Virus record (IMG/VR): IMGVR_UViG_3300042905_004067
DNA: 64,000 nucleotides
Source of the DNA: a virus
Direction: 5' to 3' (one strand)
The notes under the pieces were generated by a model. The model saw nothing but the letters and a program-made list of their open reading frames with translations, did not search any database and had not been told where the DNA came from. The translations under genes were made by a program, and so were the position numbers. Below are positions 19,425-29,749 of this stretch, in pieces. Position 1 is the first letter of the stretch. The number at the start of each line of letters is the position of its first letter.

Positions 19425-22400
19425 TTAACAACTCTCGTATAAATTGCATTCTGGACATATTATATGTACACATAGTCCTTCATCAAGTTTTACATATTTT
19501 GTTTTTTCACCAGTTTTTATTCTTGTTAATGGTTCAGTTTGACCAACTGTTGATGGTGAAACTATGTAAGCATTTATCCATTGTGCCTCAGTTGGTCCAT
19601 CCTCACATGATTCACTATTGCTACCACCGGAGCCACCACCGGAGCCGCTGCCGCCTCCGCGTCCTCCACTGATAACTGTACCACCACACTCATCCTCCGT
19701 CCATGTTCCATAGAATGAACAAGAGTCGAGGCATGCATCTACACAACAACATACATTCTTACAGTCACATAAAGCTTCAACACCAGCGCCACATGATTTT
19801 TGCCAATATGCACCTTGTATAAAAATAATAGGAACTGCGGTTCTTTCTGCTTGAGAAAGTGATTTTGCATTTGAACCATTTAAATGGGTTGTTTGTGATC
19901 TATTATAAAAAACAGAATATGTTCTATATGCTTCTAAATTATATCGAAGGTTTCTTCCTAAAATTCCCCTTGGTATGCCTCCATATAATTGATCGGTTGT
20001 GCCGTTCCCCGGTGATTGAAGCAATGACTCACAGAAATCATTCAGAGGATCTCCTGTCGTAGATGAGATGCCAGCAGCCCAGGCTGGGGGAAATGCATCT
20101 TGAGAAAAACCAATGTTGTCCCTAATTGGATCTTGATACTCTCCGTTTTCATCGGTATCAGTAGTACATTTTAATTTTCCTCCAGTACCAGGCACCTCAA
20201 ACCACAATTCTCCAGTTGAATAAAGAAAATCCCCATGAAGTAACGTTTGTTTTCTAGGATAAAATAAAGTAACACTGGTGCTCGATATGCCTTCACCATC
20301 AAATGTAGAGCATAGTGAGGTATACCCGTCTTCACACAATCTATTAATAGGATCACCATAAAATCCGTGTCTGTAGTAATTCACAAAAGTATTAACCCTA
20401 AATGTCCATAAAGGATCGCTTGTTCCTGCTTCTGGAATATCATTCGATCCTGGATTATTAAAATCAAAAATATCATTACAGTTGTTCAAAAAACCACAAT
20501 TGTCTGCTATTGAAGACCAATATGACCATTGTATTCCAGCGCCCTTATAACTTTTGCTATTACACAACATATATGGATCATATTGTAAATAACCTTCTTG
20601 AACACATCCCGCTCCAAATAGTTTTTTACCACGGAATGGGCTATCTATCCATTCTGTCCAAAAAAATTCTGGCGTTTGATCCTCGAATACATAATCACCA
20701 AGAAGTCTATTATAATAAGTATTTCTACTATTAAAATTCTGTATTTGTAATAACTCTAAAGGCGACGGATCTGGATTAGGAGAATTGACAGTGGCATTTA
20801 TGCTTTCTGGTACTCCCATAGACTCTTTAATTCCACGAACCATATTTTTAACAACTTTCAATTTACCAGACGCCGCTCCGTTTTCAATATCAATATAATC
20901 TGTATGCAACAAATCCATAAAATATTTTAATTCACCATTAAACGTTGCTAAACACATGTCAGTTATTGTTTTGTAATTTAACAAACGAAGATTGTGTGTA
21001 ACCCTAGCATGTCTGTTACTACCACAAACCCGTCTGTCAAATTTATAAGTTATTCTTCCCCACAGTGGAGGAAATGGTGCTAATATTCCATTTTCAATTT
21101 CTTCTTGATATGGTTCAAGCTTTTCAAATGTTGTTTGAAAATTTGATGGTGGTTGACTTAGATTAGTAAAACCGTACTCAATCGGAGGAATTGGATCACA
21201 TAGTTTGCAGTCTGTTTGTTGATCTGGTGTATAACCAAATCGCGTTAAACATCTTGCTCGTGTTATAGAAGGATTACTAGTTTTATTATATGATCCAACA
21301 TAATAACATTTAAATTTACCGCGAACTCCTAGTACATCAGCAGATGTTCTAGTATCAATCTTTAACTTATCTACTGGATAAGATGGACTATTAGTATTAT
21401 CTGGCCATTCTTCTATAAAGTATGGAATTTGAACTGGTGTAAATAGATCTGTTTCTGAATCTAATTGAATTTGTTTTACTCCAGTTTTAGTATTAATAGT
21501 AACATCATCGATTTGTTTACTGTTTAATTTATTTGCAATATTTTCATCTATTAATGCTACTGCTCTGTATGGTGCTTGAGATTGTTTAATAAATTTTTCT
21601 TTCCATACACTCTGATCAGCAACTAATTCTGCAACTCTTTTACTACCAATTGATTCTAAGTATTCTCCTAGAGTAGAAATACCAGCATCTATATCATCTG
21701 GTGTTGGATTGGTTATGGATAAATTATCCACACCAGGAACCAGGTCTGGTTGAATTCGCAACCATTGTCCAGGATCGTTTGGTGCAATATTTGGGTTACG
21801 GAATCTTCCGTCATATAGTCCTTGATATTTAATATAACCACCCATCATTCCACCATTTGGTTCTAGAACAATTGGACTCAATAATGAATCAGTGATACCA
21901 TTATTTTCAATATGAGCAAAGCACCAGAAACATGCAACAGTTTGTTCTTCCCCAGAACCACCACAATCATTAGAACAATCACATGAGTCGTTAGGATGTG
22001 TTTGTGGGCACGTTTGTGTTATTGGAACTTGAGTAGAAAGACATTGACATATTTCGTTAGTACATGGTTTAAAGCATGTTCTTAAATTACAGTCGTAATT
22101 GGTGCAATTTCCGTCATTAAATATTCCTTGGCCGGGAACTTGACCACACCCACCGCATAATTGTTTATCTATACACTGACCGTCTTGTTGGCATTTAGAG
22201 CATTCTACGGGACTGCAAAAACCAACACATTGTTCCTGAGTTGTAAAATAGTTACTACTACCAATCGTAGAATATTCCTCACAAGTTTCACCTGGTCTTA
22301 AATTAACAGAAACTTGCTGACAATTGCATTGATTATTTTCTGGAAGAGTATTGCATCTGTAACAAGTGGATGGGACGGTATTGCAGTCACATTTAGTTGT

Positions 22401-23981
22401 ATCACAGTTTGTATTTTTACCCATGTAAATACCATTTAGTGTGGTATTGCATTCATATGGTGTTTGTACCTCTTGACAAGAATATCCATCTTCTACTGGA
22501 ATACAGCAAGCACCCGGAGCAGATACTGAATCGCAGCATTTTGCTTCAGAGCAACTGTTAACATTTTTTACTGTTTTTCCACCAAGATATTTACAATATT
22601 CTTCTGTTAATTGCCCAAGGCACTCTCCATCTTTACAGCAATAAACTGATGTATCTTTGCAGTTATTATAGCATAGACCAGATTCAACAAGTACACTTCC
22701 ATCTGAATTATATGTTGTATAATTTTGTGCATCGTTGTCTGGAAAAATACCAACATCACCACATGTTATTCCTGAAATAAATTGACCATTAATTGCTTGA
22801 CAAAAACTTGGATCAATATCAGATATACATCTTCCTTCTGAACAGCAAACACCATCATAAGTTTTTTGTGCAGTATCAGTTATGCATTTATTTTTTGTAC
22901 AAGGAACCATAGGTTCAAATGTACCATCTCTCTCATCACAATACGTTTGAGTTACATAATCTTCACAGTGTTTTTCATCATCCACATCAAAATAGCAGCA
23001 TGATCCTCTTAAGCCTGGATTTATGGCTTCATTAACTCCAAACCCTCTTGCTGTAAAATGTGCTCTCCATTTATCATCTTGGTTAGTTCTCCACATGTGA
23101 AGAATATTCATGCCTGGATAGAATATGGGTTTGCTTGCCTCATCAAAAACCACATCTGATGGAAAATTCCAAACATCTTCACCATCAATAAACAATGTAA
23201 CAGACATTACTTGACCGTCTGGGATTGCATCGTATTTGAATCCCTTAATACCAATTGGAGTTATTAACTGATAAACTGTTGCCCTTGAAACATCTAAAGT
23301 AATTCCTTCTGGGCTGCCCTGGTCAAAGAAAGTATCTGTAGTGACAATTCTTTCTCCACGCTCTATTGGACCCAAGGTAAATAAAGTGTCTCGAATATCA
23401 GTTACTACATTTCTTCCGCTAGATTCTGTACCAAAATTAATATATCCATAATCATTATCACCAACTCTGATTGATGAATTTGCTCTTTGTGGAGCAAGAT
23501 CAGTAGACATTACATAGTTTCTTTGTTTAAAATAAACTATTCTATTGTTTTCTGTAGAAGCAGATATACCTCCACCAATATTTTGATCTAAGATAGTAAA
23601 CTTTAGATTGTCAAAAGACGAATAAGTGACACCCAAAATACCGCCAGATCTAAAGTTATAAAATTCTAAAGTTATTCCACCACATACGCCTTTTAGAACT
23701 GGGATTCCTGTTCCAATTGTTGTTGCAGTAATTCCCGCATAAATTCCAGTAGCACCTTTAAAAATGCCAGGAGAAACAACTGTTCCATCAGATAAAGTAA
23801 ACTCCACTTGTCCGGTTGGAGTTACATTTACTAAAGTAATGTAATTTGAATTTATTCCAGTTGATCCAGTGGGACCGGGAACTGTTTGGTTTGCTCCTGT
23901 GGGTCCGGTTGGACCAATAGATCCTGCTGCACCTAAACCAGTACTTGGAAATATAGAACTATGACCAATATTATTTGACAT
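19425..23981 (-). CDS. Giant Cys-rich fibre-like protein (collagen-like N-terminus, GxCC repeats)
   Basis: GPTGPTG/GPTGSTG at N-terminus; GSCC, GVCC, YCC, GACC repeats; Cys-rich C-terminus. Confidence 0.7.
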   Translation of the reverse strand: MSNNIGHSSIFPSTGLGAAGSIGPTGPTGANQTVPGPTGSTGINSNYITLVNVTPTGQVEFTLSDGTVVSPGIFKGATGIYAGITATTIGTGIPVLKGVCGGITLEFYNFRSGGILGVTYSSFDNLKFTILDQNIGGGISASTENNRIVYFKQRNYVMSTDLAPQRANSSIRVGDNDYGYINFGTESSGRNVVTDIRDTLFTLGPIERGERIVTTDTFFDQGSPEGITLDVSRATVYQLITPIGIKGFKYDAIPDGQVMSVTLFIDGEDVWNFPSDVVFDEASKPIFYPGMNILHMWRTNQDDKWRAHFTARGFGVNEAINPGLRGSCCYFDVDDEKHCEDYVTQTYCDERDGTFEPMVPCTKNKCITDTAQKTYDGVCCSEGRCISDIDPSFCQAINGQFISGITCGDVGIFPDNDAQNYTTYNSDGSVLVESGLCYNNCKDTSVYCCKDGECLGQLTEEYCKYLGGKTVKNVNSCSEAKCCDSVSAPGACCIPVEDGYSCQEVQTPYECNTTLNGIYMGKNTNCDTTKCDCNTVPSTCYRCNTLPENNQCNCQQVSVNLRPGETCEEYSTIGSSNYFTTQEQCVGFCSPVECSKCQQDGQCIDKQLCGGCGQVPGQGIFNDGNCTNYDCNLRTCFKPCTNEICQCLSTQVPITQTCPQTHPNDSCDCSNDCGGSGEEQTVACFWCFAHIENNGITDSLLSPIVLEPNGGMMGGYIKYQGLYDGRFRNPNIAPNDPGQWLRIQPDLVPGVDNLSITNPTPDDIDAGISTLGEYLESIGSKRVAELVADQSVWKEKFIKQSQAPYRAVALIDENIANKLNSKQIDDVTINTKTGVKQIQLDSETDLFTPVQIPYFIEEWPDNTNSPSYPVDKLKIDTRTSADVLGVRGKFKCYYVGSYNKTSNPSITRARCLTRFGYTPDQQTDCKLCDPIPPIEYGFTNLSQPPSNFQTTFEKLEPYQEEIENGILAPFPPLWGRITYKFDRRVCGSNRHARVTHNLRLLNYKTITDMCLATFNGELKYFMDLLHTDYIDIENGAASGKLKVVKNMVRGIKESMGVPESINATVNSPNPDPSPLELLQIQNFNSRNTYYNRLLGDYVFEDQTPEFFWTEWIDSPFRGKKLFGAGCVQEGYLQYDPYMLCNSKSYKGAGIQWSYWSSIADNCGFLNNCNDIFDFNNPGSNDIPEAGTSDPLWTFRVNTFVNYYRHGFYGDPINRLCEDGYTSLCSTFDGEGISSTSVTLFYPRKQTLLHGDFLYSTGELWFEVPGTGGKLKCTTDTDENGEYQDPIRDNIGFSQDAFPPAWAAGISSTTGDPLNDFCESLLQSPGNGTTDQLYGGIPRGILGRNLRYNLEAYRTYSVFYNRSQTTHLNGSNAKSLSQAERTAVPIIFIQGAYWQKSCGAGVEALCDCKNVCCCVDACLDSCSFYGTWTEDECGGTVISGGRGGGSGSGGGSGGSNSESCEDGPTEAQWINAYIVSPSTVGQTEPLTRIKTGEKTKYVKLDEGLCVHIICPECNLYESC

Positions 23982-23992
23982 TATTTACTTTC

Positions 23993-26941
23993 TTATCTAC
24001 AGGAGGAACATGTATTCATCGTTTTAAAACTATATTCAAATTGATTTTCATAATTTTTAGTTTTAAAGTATATAGGAATCATTCTACATGCCCTTAATTT
24101 AGCCTGTTGAGAAGATTTTAACAATGAAACCATTTTTCCAGTTGAGAAATCCTGAGTATAGGCTCGGTGTGCCTGTGTTGTTTTATATTTTTTCCAAGTA
24201 TCTAACAGTCCGTCTGGTGAAGACAGAGGATCTTCTAATGAAAAATTATAGTTTTCATAATTTTTTACACCGAAAGAACCAGATTCTGCCGATTTAATTT
24301 CAATGACTTTTCCGCCAGTAGTAGAAGACCAATATTTATTTTGATTTGATATTGTTTTCCAAGAAGAACTATTTGAATTATAAATTATTCCTTGATTGAT
24401 TGCATCTAAGTTGTGATACATCATGTTTAGTTCTAAAGCACTTGGTATGTACCAATCAGAATAACCGTTATACATCTGTTTATTTTTAGAACTAATTTGA
24501 TATAAAGCCGTTGTTTGATTGTTTACGGCATACCACATTTCTTTATACTTTTCTTTGAAGTATGTTTCGTTTGTTGTGATTAAATTTTCATCAATTGCTG
24601 ATTGCCAATAATTTGCTTTGCTATGTTTAAATCTTAACATAGCAAGAGGATCTATGGTTTTAGGGGTTCCATCGATAATATAATTGTTTCGTATGAACCA
24701 AGTATTTCTTTCGATTGTGGTTTCATCAAATAGTCTGGTATTTAATAACCCATCAAATACTGTTGTTCCATAGGGTGTCAATACATTATTTTGCCATAAA
24801 CTGTCTGTGTAATTTTTCATGTAACTTGGTACACTGAAACCGGAAACAGACATACTCATACCAAACGACAATGTATCACCAAAATCTTCTGGAGCAACAA
24901 CAAGAACCCATGCATTTGGTATATTTTCGCCGTGAATGTGTTTTGCAAATTGTTTGTATGCTAATATAGAATTAAAACCATATTTTTTGTTTGTTCCACC
25001 ACCATCGTTGCAAGATTTACTATCTTCAGTGAAGCAAACATCACTTAGTCTATTGTAGAATGTTAGTTTATACTTATCTGGATATCCAGAAAGGGATTTA
25101 ATATCCTTTATTAATATTTTTCCGCTGCTGTCGCCTAAGTTTTTAGAAGTTACATACCTAGAAGGAGAAAAATTAGAGCAGTTACAATTTAATCTTGAAT
25201 TAAACACACCATTTACTGCAATATAATTTTTTATTCCAGTGCCTTTAGCATTTTCTATTTCTGATATAACTTCGCCTCTTGCAAAATAACCAGAAGTATC
25301 AAAACCGGATGGTGGAGGATAGCCAACAAATCCTGCGACGATTCCTCCTTCAAAATAATCTCCAATTTGTAAACTATTTGTTATTTCAATATTTGCATCC
25401 GTTAAAACTCTAGTTGAAGCAATTCTATTTTCTAGCGTATCTGTACAGCAAGATGAATTGGCGCAAACACTTGTTGGTCCTTGATAAATGCCACCTTGTT
25501 CCATACATTCTTTTGGTGTTAAGTTATCAATGCATTCTGTTTTTCCAAAACAGCAAGCACCATAAATGCCATCAATGCAACAATTTCTTTCTTCACATGG
25601 AACTTCTGCGTAAATCCCGTTTAATCCCCTACAAATATCTTGAGATGCGTCGCTTAAAGGCAAACTATAACACGTTCCACTTACGCAGCACGATGCATCA
25701 TTATCTGAAACAGTACAAGTATCCGGGCATCCACCTTTTATGTTTAGTTCTGAGCATCTTATATTTTGGAAAAATGTTCCAAAGACCTTATTACAAACTT
25801 CTTTATTGGTTTCTATACAAATTCCATTTACACAACAAACACCACCAGAATAACAATCTCCTGTTAAATATCTTTCGTTACATGATTTAAAACTAAAGTT
25901 TCCTTTTATATTTTCACAAAATGCTTTATTAACGTAATCAATACAAGTTCTGCTAACAATTGAGCCTGTTCCTTCTGGATCATTTGTGCAGTAACAGCAA
26001 GAACCAATTATTGAAGAAGAATATGTTTGATTGGAATATGTTATTCCTTTTCCAATCATGTCTATTTGAATAGGACCAGTTAGTGCAACACCAATAAATT
26101 CGGGGGTATCAATAAAAGTAATTCCTTCTACTCTAAATGACATTTTAGGATAAAGATTACCATCTTCATCTTTTACTGTTATAAAAATTCCCTGATCTGT
26201 TCTATTAAATATTCCAGATGAATTTGAAGTTAATGCGTATGATACGTCAACTTGGTTTAATACTTCATTGACTTTATCGTTTTCAACATTTATCCAGTTT
26301 AAATTGCCTGTATAACCAACTTTAAACTGAGTTGTGTAGTCTTGATTTATTTTAAAAGTAAAATTATCTAAAGTTAGTCCAAGTAAACTTCCAGAAACCG
26401 GAGATGTAATATCTCTATTATATCTTGTTGTTGAATCTCTTGTAGGAACTGCGGAAAGATCACCGGGACCAGTTCCTGAATCTAAGTATAACAACCCACC
26501 AGTTCTTCCAAATATAGAACTGGGTGCTGAGGGACTTTCGATATAAAAAGAATCAAAACTAATTCCGGCAGTTGCTTCTCCTTCTACCTTTAATGATTTA
26601 AACAATAAATGGTATGGATTATTCCCGGAAAAACCAGCAAATAAACTAAAGTGTGTTGAGTTTCCAGTTTCTTGTATTTTTAAATTTGGATTTGCTACAC
26701 GAAGTATTGATCCACTGGGTGCAGTAACTCCAAAAGAAACAAATGTGTTATTTGTATATGTTATACCAAAGACATAATTTTCTATAGACGAAATAACATA
26801 TGAGGCACCACTTGCGCCTGTTGGTCCAGTTATTGAAAAACCAGTAATACCAATAGGACCAGTTGGTCCTGTAGCACCACGAATATAAGTTACACCAGAG
26901 ACTACTAAGTTACTTGGTATTGTCGAAGAATAAAAGGGCAT
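23993..26941 (-). CDS. Cys-rich fibre-like protein with C-terminal DUF1566/Lcl-like domain
   Basis: GATGPTGPIGITG; GSCC/GVCC/ASCC/GACC; IGDYFEGGIV...DGLLNT...GYSDWYIPSALEL...YWSST...LRACR. Confidence 0.72.
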   Translation of the reverse strand: MPFYSSTIPSNLVVSGVTYIRGATGPTGPIGITGFSITGPTGASGASYVISSIENYVFGITYTNNTFVSFGVTAPSGSILRVANPNLKIQETGNSTHFSLFAGFSGNNPYHLLFKSLKVEGEATAGISFDSFYIESPSAPSSIFGRTGGLLYLDSGTGPGDLSAVPTRDSTTRYNRDITSPVSGSLLGLTLDNFTFKINQDYTTQFKVGYTGNLNWINVENDKVNEVLNQVDVSYALTSNSSGIFNRTDQGIFITVKDEDGNLYPKMSFRVEGITFIDTPEFIGVALTGPIQIDMIGKGITYSNQTYSSSIIGSCCYCTNDPEGTGSIVSRTCIDYVNKAFCENIKGNFSFKSCNERYLTGDCYSGGVCCVNGICIETNKEVCNKVFGTFFQNIRCSELNIKGGCPDTCTVSDNDASCCVSGTCYSLPLSDASQDICRGLNGIYAEVPCEERNCCIDGIYGACCFGKTECIDNLTPKECMEQGGIYQGPTSVCANSSCCTDTLENRIASTRVLTDANIEITNSLQIGDYFEGGIVAGFVGYPPPSGFDTSGYFARGEVISEIENAKGTGIKNYIAVNGVFNSRLNCNCSNFSPSRYVTSKNLGDSSGKILIKDIKSLSGYPDKYKLTFYNRLSDVCFTEDSKSCNDGGGTNKKYGFNSILAYKQFAKHIHGENIPNAWVLVVAPEDFGDTLSFGMSMSVSGFSVPSYMKNYTDSLWQNNVLTPYGTTVFDGLLNTRLFDETTIERNTWFIRNNYIIDGTPKTIDPLAMLRFKHSKANYWQSAIDENLITTNETYFKEKYKEMWYAVNNQTTALYQISSKNKQMYNGYSDWYIPSALELNMMYHNLDAINQGIIYNSNSSSWKTISNQNKYWSSTTGGKVIEIKSAESGSFGVKNYENYNFSLEDPLSSPDGLLDTWKKYKTTQAHRAYTQDFSTGKMVSLLKSSQQAKLRACRMIPIYFKTKNYENQFEYSFKTMNTCSSCR

Positions 26942-29748
26942 TATAGAATATTCCTTAGTAAGTCAGGTACTTTCCATAATTTATATGAATCACTTGTTGA
27001 ATCTGGATATAATCCATCACATCGCATTGCTCGAATTGGTCTAATTTTTAATTCTTCTGTTCTATTTTCTTTTTTAACCTTATAGTTTTCTATTTGTCCA
27101 GAAGAATCAAAATACATTCCCCAAGCAACAGAACCATGTTCTGGTTTTCCTGATGTATAAATTCCTTCTCCGGTGATACCAGTGTCGAATGAACCAGTCG
27201 AAGACCAGTGCCATCCATATAAAGGAATACCATTGTTTGCAAGAAGATATTGATTCACGTTAAAACCATAATATTTATTTGTTGAATCATTTACCGTATT
27301 AGCCGCAATAAATGCTAGTTCATCGTGACTAGGAATGTACCAATCGCTTAGTTGCTCTGGATTTGCGGTTAAACCATGAGAGTTTTGATAATCATTATTA
27401 TCAAATAGTTTTAGCGCCCACAAAGAGTTCATTGTTATACCGGCGGCAAATTCATCATATGTGAAAATAGAACTACTATTAATCTTTAAGTAATTTGCAT
27501 TATCTGCACATAACATTCGAATAGTATTGTAGAGTCCCCAATTTCTGTGCCATAATCCATTTGAAGTTTTTATATTTCTTGCAAAAAGTCTAGCAATTGG
27601 ATCTGTACCATTTTTTCTAGTAGAATAGCAAGTTTGGAAAGTGTTTGTTTTTATGTTATCTAAACTCTCTCCAGTTATTCCATAAAATCCTTCACCATAT
27701 TGTAAATATTCTTTTTCATAAGTTTTATCTAAGAATGTAAAATCACTATAAGAATTATAAATTGGAGACAACATTGGACCCCATGCAATACCACTGCCAT
27801 ACCATGCAAATTCTTCTTTGAATACTTCCTCTTGAGTTGGATTTACTCCATTTAGATCTCTGTCTACCGATGCAGGGTAAAGAGAAACTATTATGTAATA
27901 TGAGTCTGTATCTTTTCTTCTTAACGCGGCACATGTTTCTCCGGTAAATCCATATCCGATGTAATCACACTCGCTTTGATAATAATGACTCGTTGTTTCT
28001 CCACCAAACATAAAATCTGCGGTGCTTCCGTGCCGCGAGAATGCATGTCTTGCTCCTAATATTTTTGATTTGTTTGGACTATACACACCAACCACCATTC
28101 CACCACCAAACAAATCTCCAGGTTTTAGTGGTGTCTCTAAAAATCCTCCACAACGTAAAGATGAATTACATGTAATACCGGAGCAAGATGAATTTGTTCC
28201 AAAATAGTAACCACCATTTTCGAAACAAGTTTCTGCTGTAGAATTTGTGCATGTTCCTGTTGAAGTGCAACATGCACCGGTTCCAGTTGAACACACAGGA
28301 TCTTTAGAATTTGCAACACATGAAATTGCTTTTCCTAAGAAATTTCCGCCGCTTAAAATACAATCAATTTGTGTCTTAGAGGTGCAATTTCCTTTTCCAT
28401 CACAACATGCCCCTCTATCTTCAAAACATTCAGAACAATCCACGGTTGAACATATAGTTTCAATTCCATTAAAAACTGCTTGTGTTGAATTATTATTCAA
28501 AGCCAAACAATCATCTACTGATATATTTTCTAAGCAGTATGTGTTTACTTTTCCATCTATAGTATTTTTTACGCAGCAAGAACCATTTTGTTGAGAACAC
28601 AAATACGATCCAGTTATTCCACAAGTAGTTCCTGCTCCCGCAAAGAAGCCATCACAGAATTCGTATGTTGTATATGTGCAACCACTAACGCCAGTGCAGC
28701 AAGCACCTGTCATTCCATTATAACTTTGTAATATTCTTTGTGCTTGTAATGGTAATTGCTGATTTAAATCTGCACAGAAAAAATCATCCACATTACTATT
28801 TTTTCCAAAAATATAACCATAATATTGTGAATTTATATTAACAAAGTGTATTACTATATTTTGATTTTGTAATGGGCATGGAATTTTATTAAAAGGAAAC
28901 ACGACAGGTATACCAGAACCGTATTCAAATTCTGGAGGTATAAAAGTAGTTAACCAGTTTCCGTTTTGAAGATGCAACGAAAAAGAATTAATTATACTGC
29001 TGTCTTGTATACTAATAGTATTAACACCTTCGAAAGACTGATTACGGAAATTTTCTAAATCAGCAGAAAGTATTTTAGATCTACTAGATCTTTCTGATGT
29101 GGTTGGGTATATAAACCAAAGAGGTGTTTGAGTAATATTAAATGGTTTATCATTAGTACCATAAATTGGAGATTCTGTTTTTTCAAATACATTTGCTTTA
29201 TTGATTTTAATAGACTGTGCTAGTTTTCCGTATTTTGCAGAACCTAATGTTGCACCCACTAAATTTCCACCACCATCAGTTGCCAAAATATCTGTAAGTT
29301 CACCATAAAGATGGGTATATGTTCCATCATAGCGATCAACATTAACCAAAATTTCTCTGTTTGAATTTTGATTCGTAAGTTCTATTGAAGAACGAATTCC
29401 AGTAGTTCCCTCTAATTTTCTTATTACTACTGTTTGTTGTGATGGAATGCTACTTTTAAAAATGTAACCAGTTCCTGTTGAACCAGTTTTTCCATCCATT
29501 AATATGGAAGTATTTCCAGTTATGCCTTTAAATAAACCAGTTGCAGCAAAAGTAATTCCATTTTGAAATGTGCTTATGAGCGTATAACCAGATAAAGTTA
29601 TGCTAGCAAATCTTAAAAATGCAGTTGCACCAGTTGGCCCTGCTAGATCATTTCCTCTTGGGCCCTGAGGACCAGTGCTTCCGGTTGCACCATAAACCGT
29701 GATGCCTTTTATGGATTTAAACTGGCTACTACCACGAATTGATGGCAT
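26941..29748 (-). CDS. Cys-rich fibre-like protein with C-terminal DUF1566/Lcl-like domain
   Basis: GATGSTGPQGPRG; GACC x3 plus GSCC; PGDLFGGGMV...GLYNT...DWYIPSHDEL...HWSST...IRPIR. Confidence 0.72.
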   Translation of the reverse strand: MPSIRGSSQFKSIKGITVYGATGSTGPQGPRGNDLAGPTGATAFLRFASITLSGYTLISTFQNGITFAATGLFKGITGNTSILMDGKTGSTGTGYIFKSSIPSQQTVVIRKLEGTTGIRSSIELTNQNSNREILVNVDRYDGTYTHLYGELTDILATDGGGNLVGATLGSAKYGKLAQSIKINKANVFEKTESPIYGTNDKPFNITQTPLWFIYPTTSERSSRSKILSADLENFRNQSFEGVNTISIQDSSIINSFSLHLQNGNWLTTFIPPEFEYGSGIPVVFPFNKIPCPLQNQNIVIHFVNINSQYYGYIFGKNSNVDDFFCADLNQQLPLQAQRILQSYNGMTGACCTGVSGCTYTTYEFCDGFFAGAGTTCGITGSYLCSQQNGSCCVKNTIDGKVNTYCLENISVDDCLALNNNSTQAVFNGIETICSTVDCSECFEDRGACCDGKGNCTSKTQIDCILSGGNFLGKAISCVANSKDPVCSTGTGACCTSTGTCTNSTAETCFENGGYYFGTNSSCSGITCNSSLRCGGFLETPLKPGDLFGGGMVVGVYSPNKSKILGARHAFSRHGSTADFMFGGETTSHYYQSECDYIGYGFTGETCAALRRKDTDSYYIIVSLYPASVDRDLNGVNPTQEEVFKEEFAWYGSGIAWGPMLSPIYNSYSDFTFLDKTYEKEYLQYGEGFYGITGESLDNIKTNTFQTCYSTRKNGTDPIARLFARNIKTSNGLWHRNWGLYNTIRMLCADNANYLKINSSSIFTYDEFAAGITMNSLWALKLFDNNDYQNSHGLTANPEQLSDWYIPSHDELAFIAANTVNDSTNKYYGFNVNQYLLANNGIPLYGWHWSSTGSFDTGITGEGIYTSGKPEHGSVAWGMYFDSSGQIENYKVKKENRTEELKIRPIRAMRCDGLYPDSTSDSYKLWKVPDLLRNIL

Positions 29749-29749
29749 T

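Noticed and set aside
16853-29748. Diversity-generating retroelement targeting the DUF1566 tips
   Set aside because: No reverse transcriptase and no near-identical TR/VR pair seen in this window. It cannot be excluded elsewhere in the genome.
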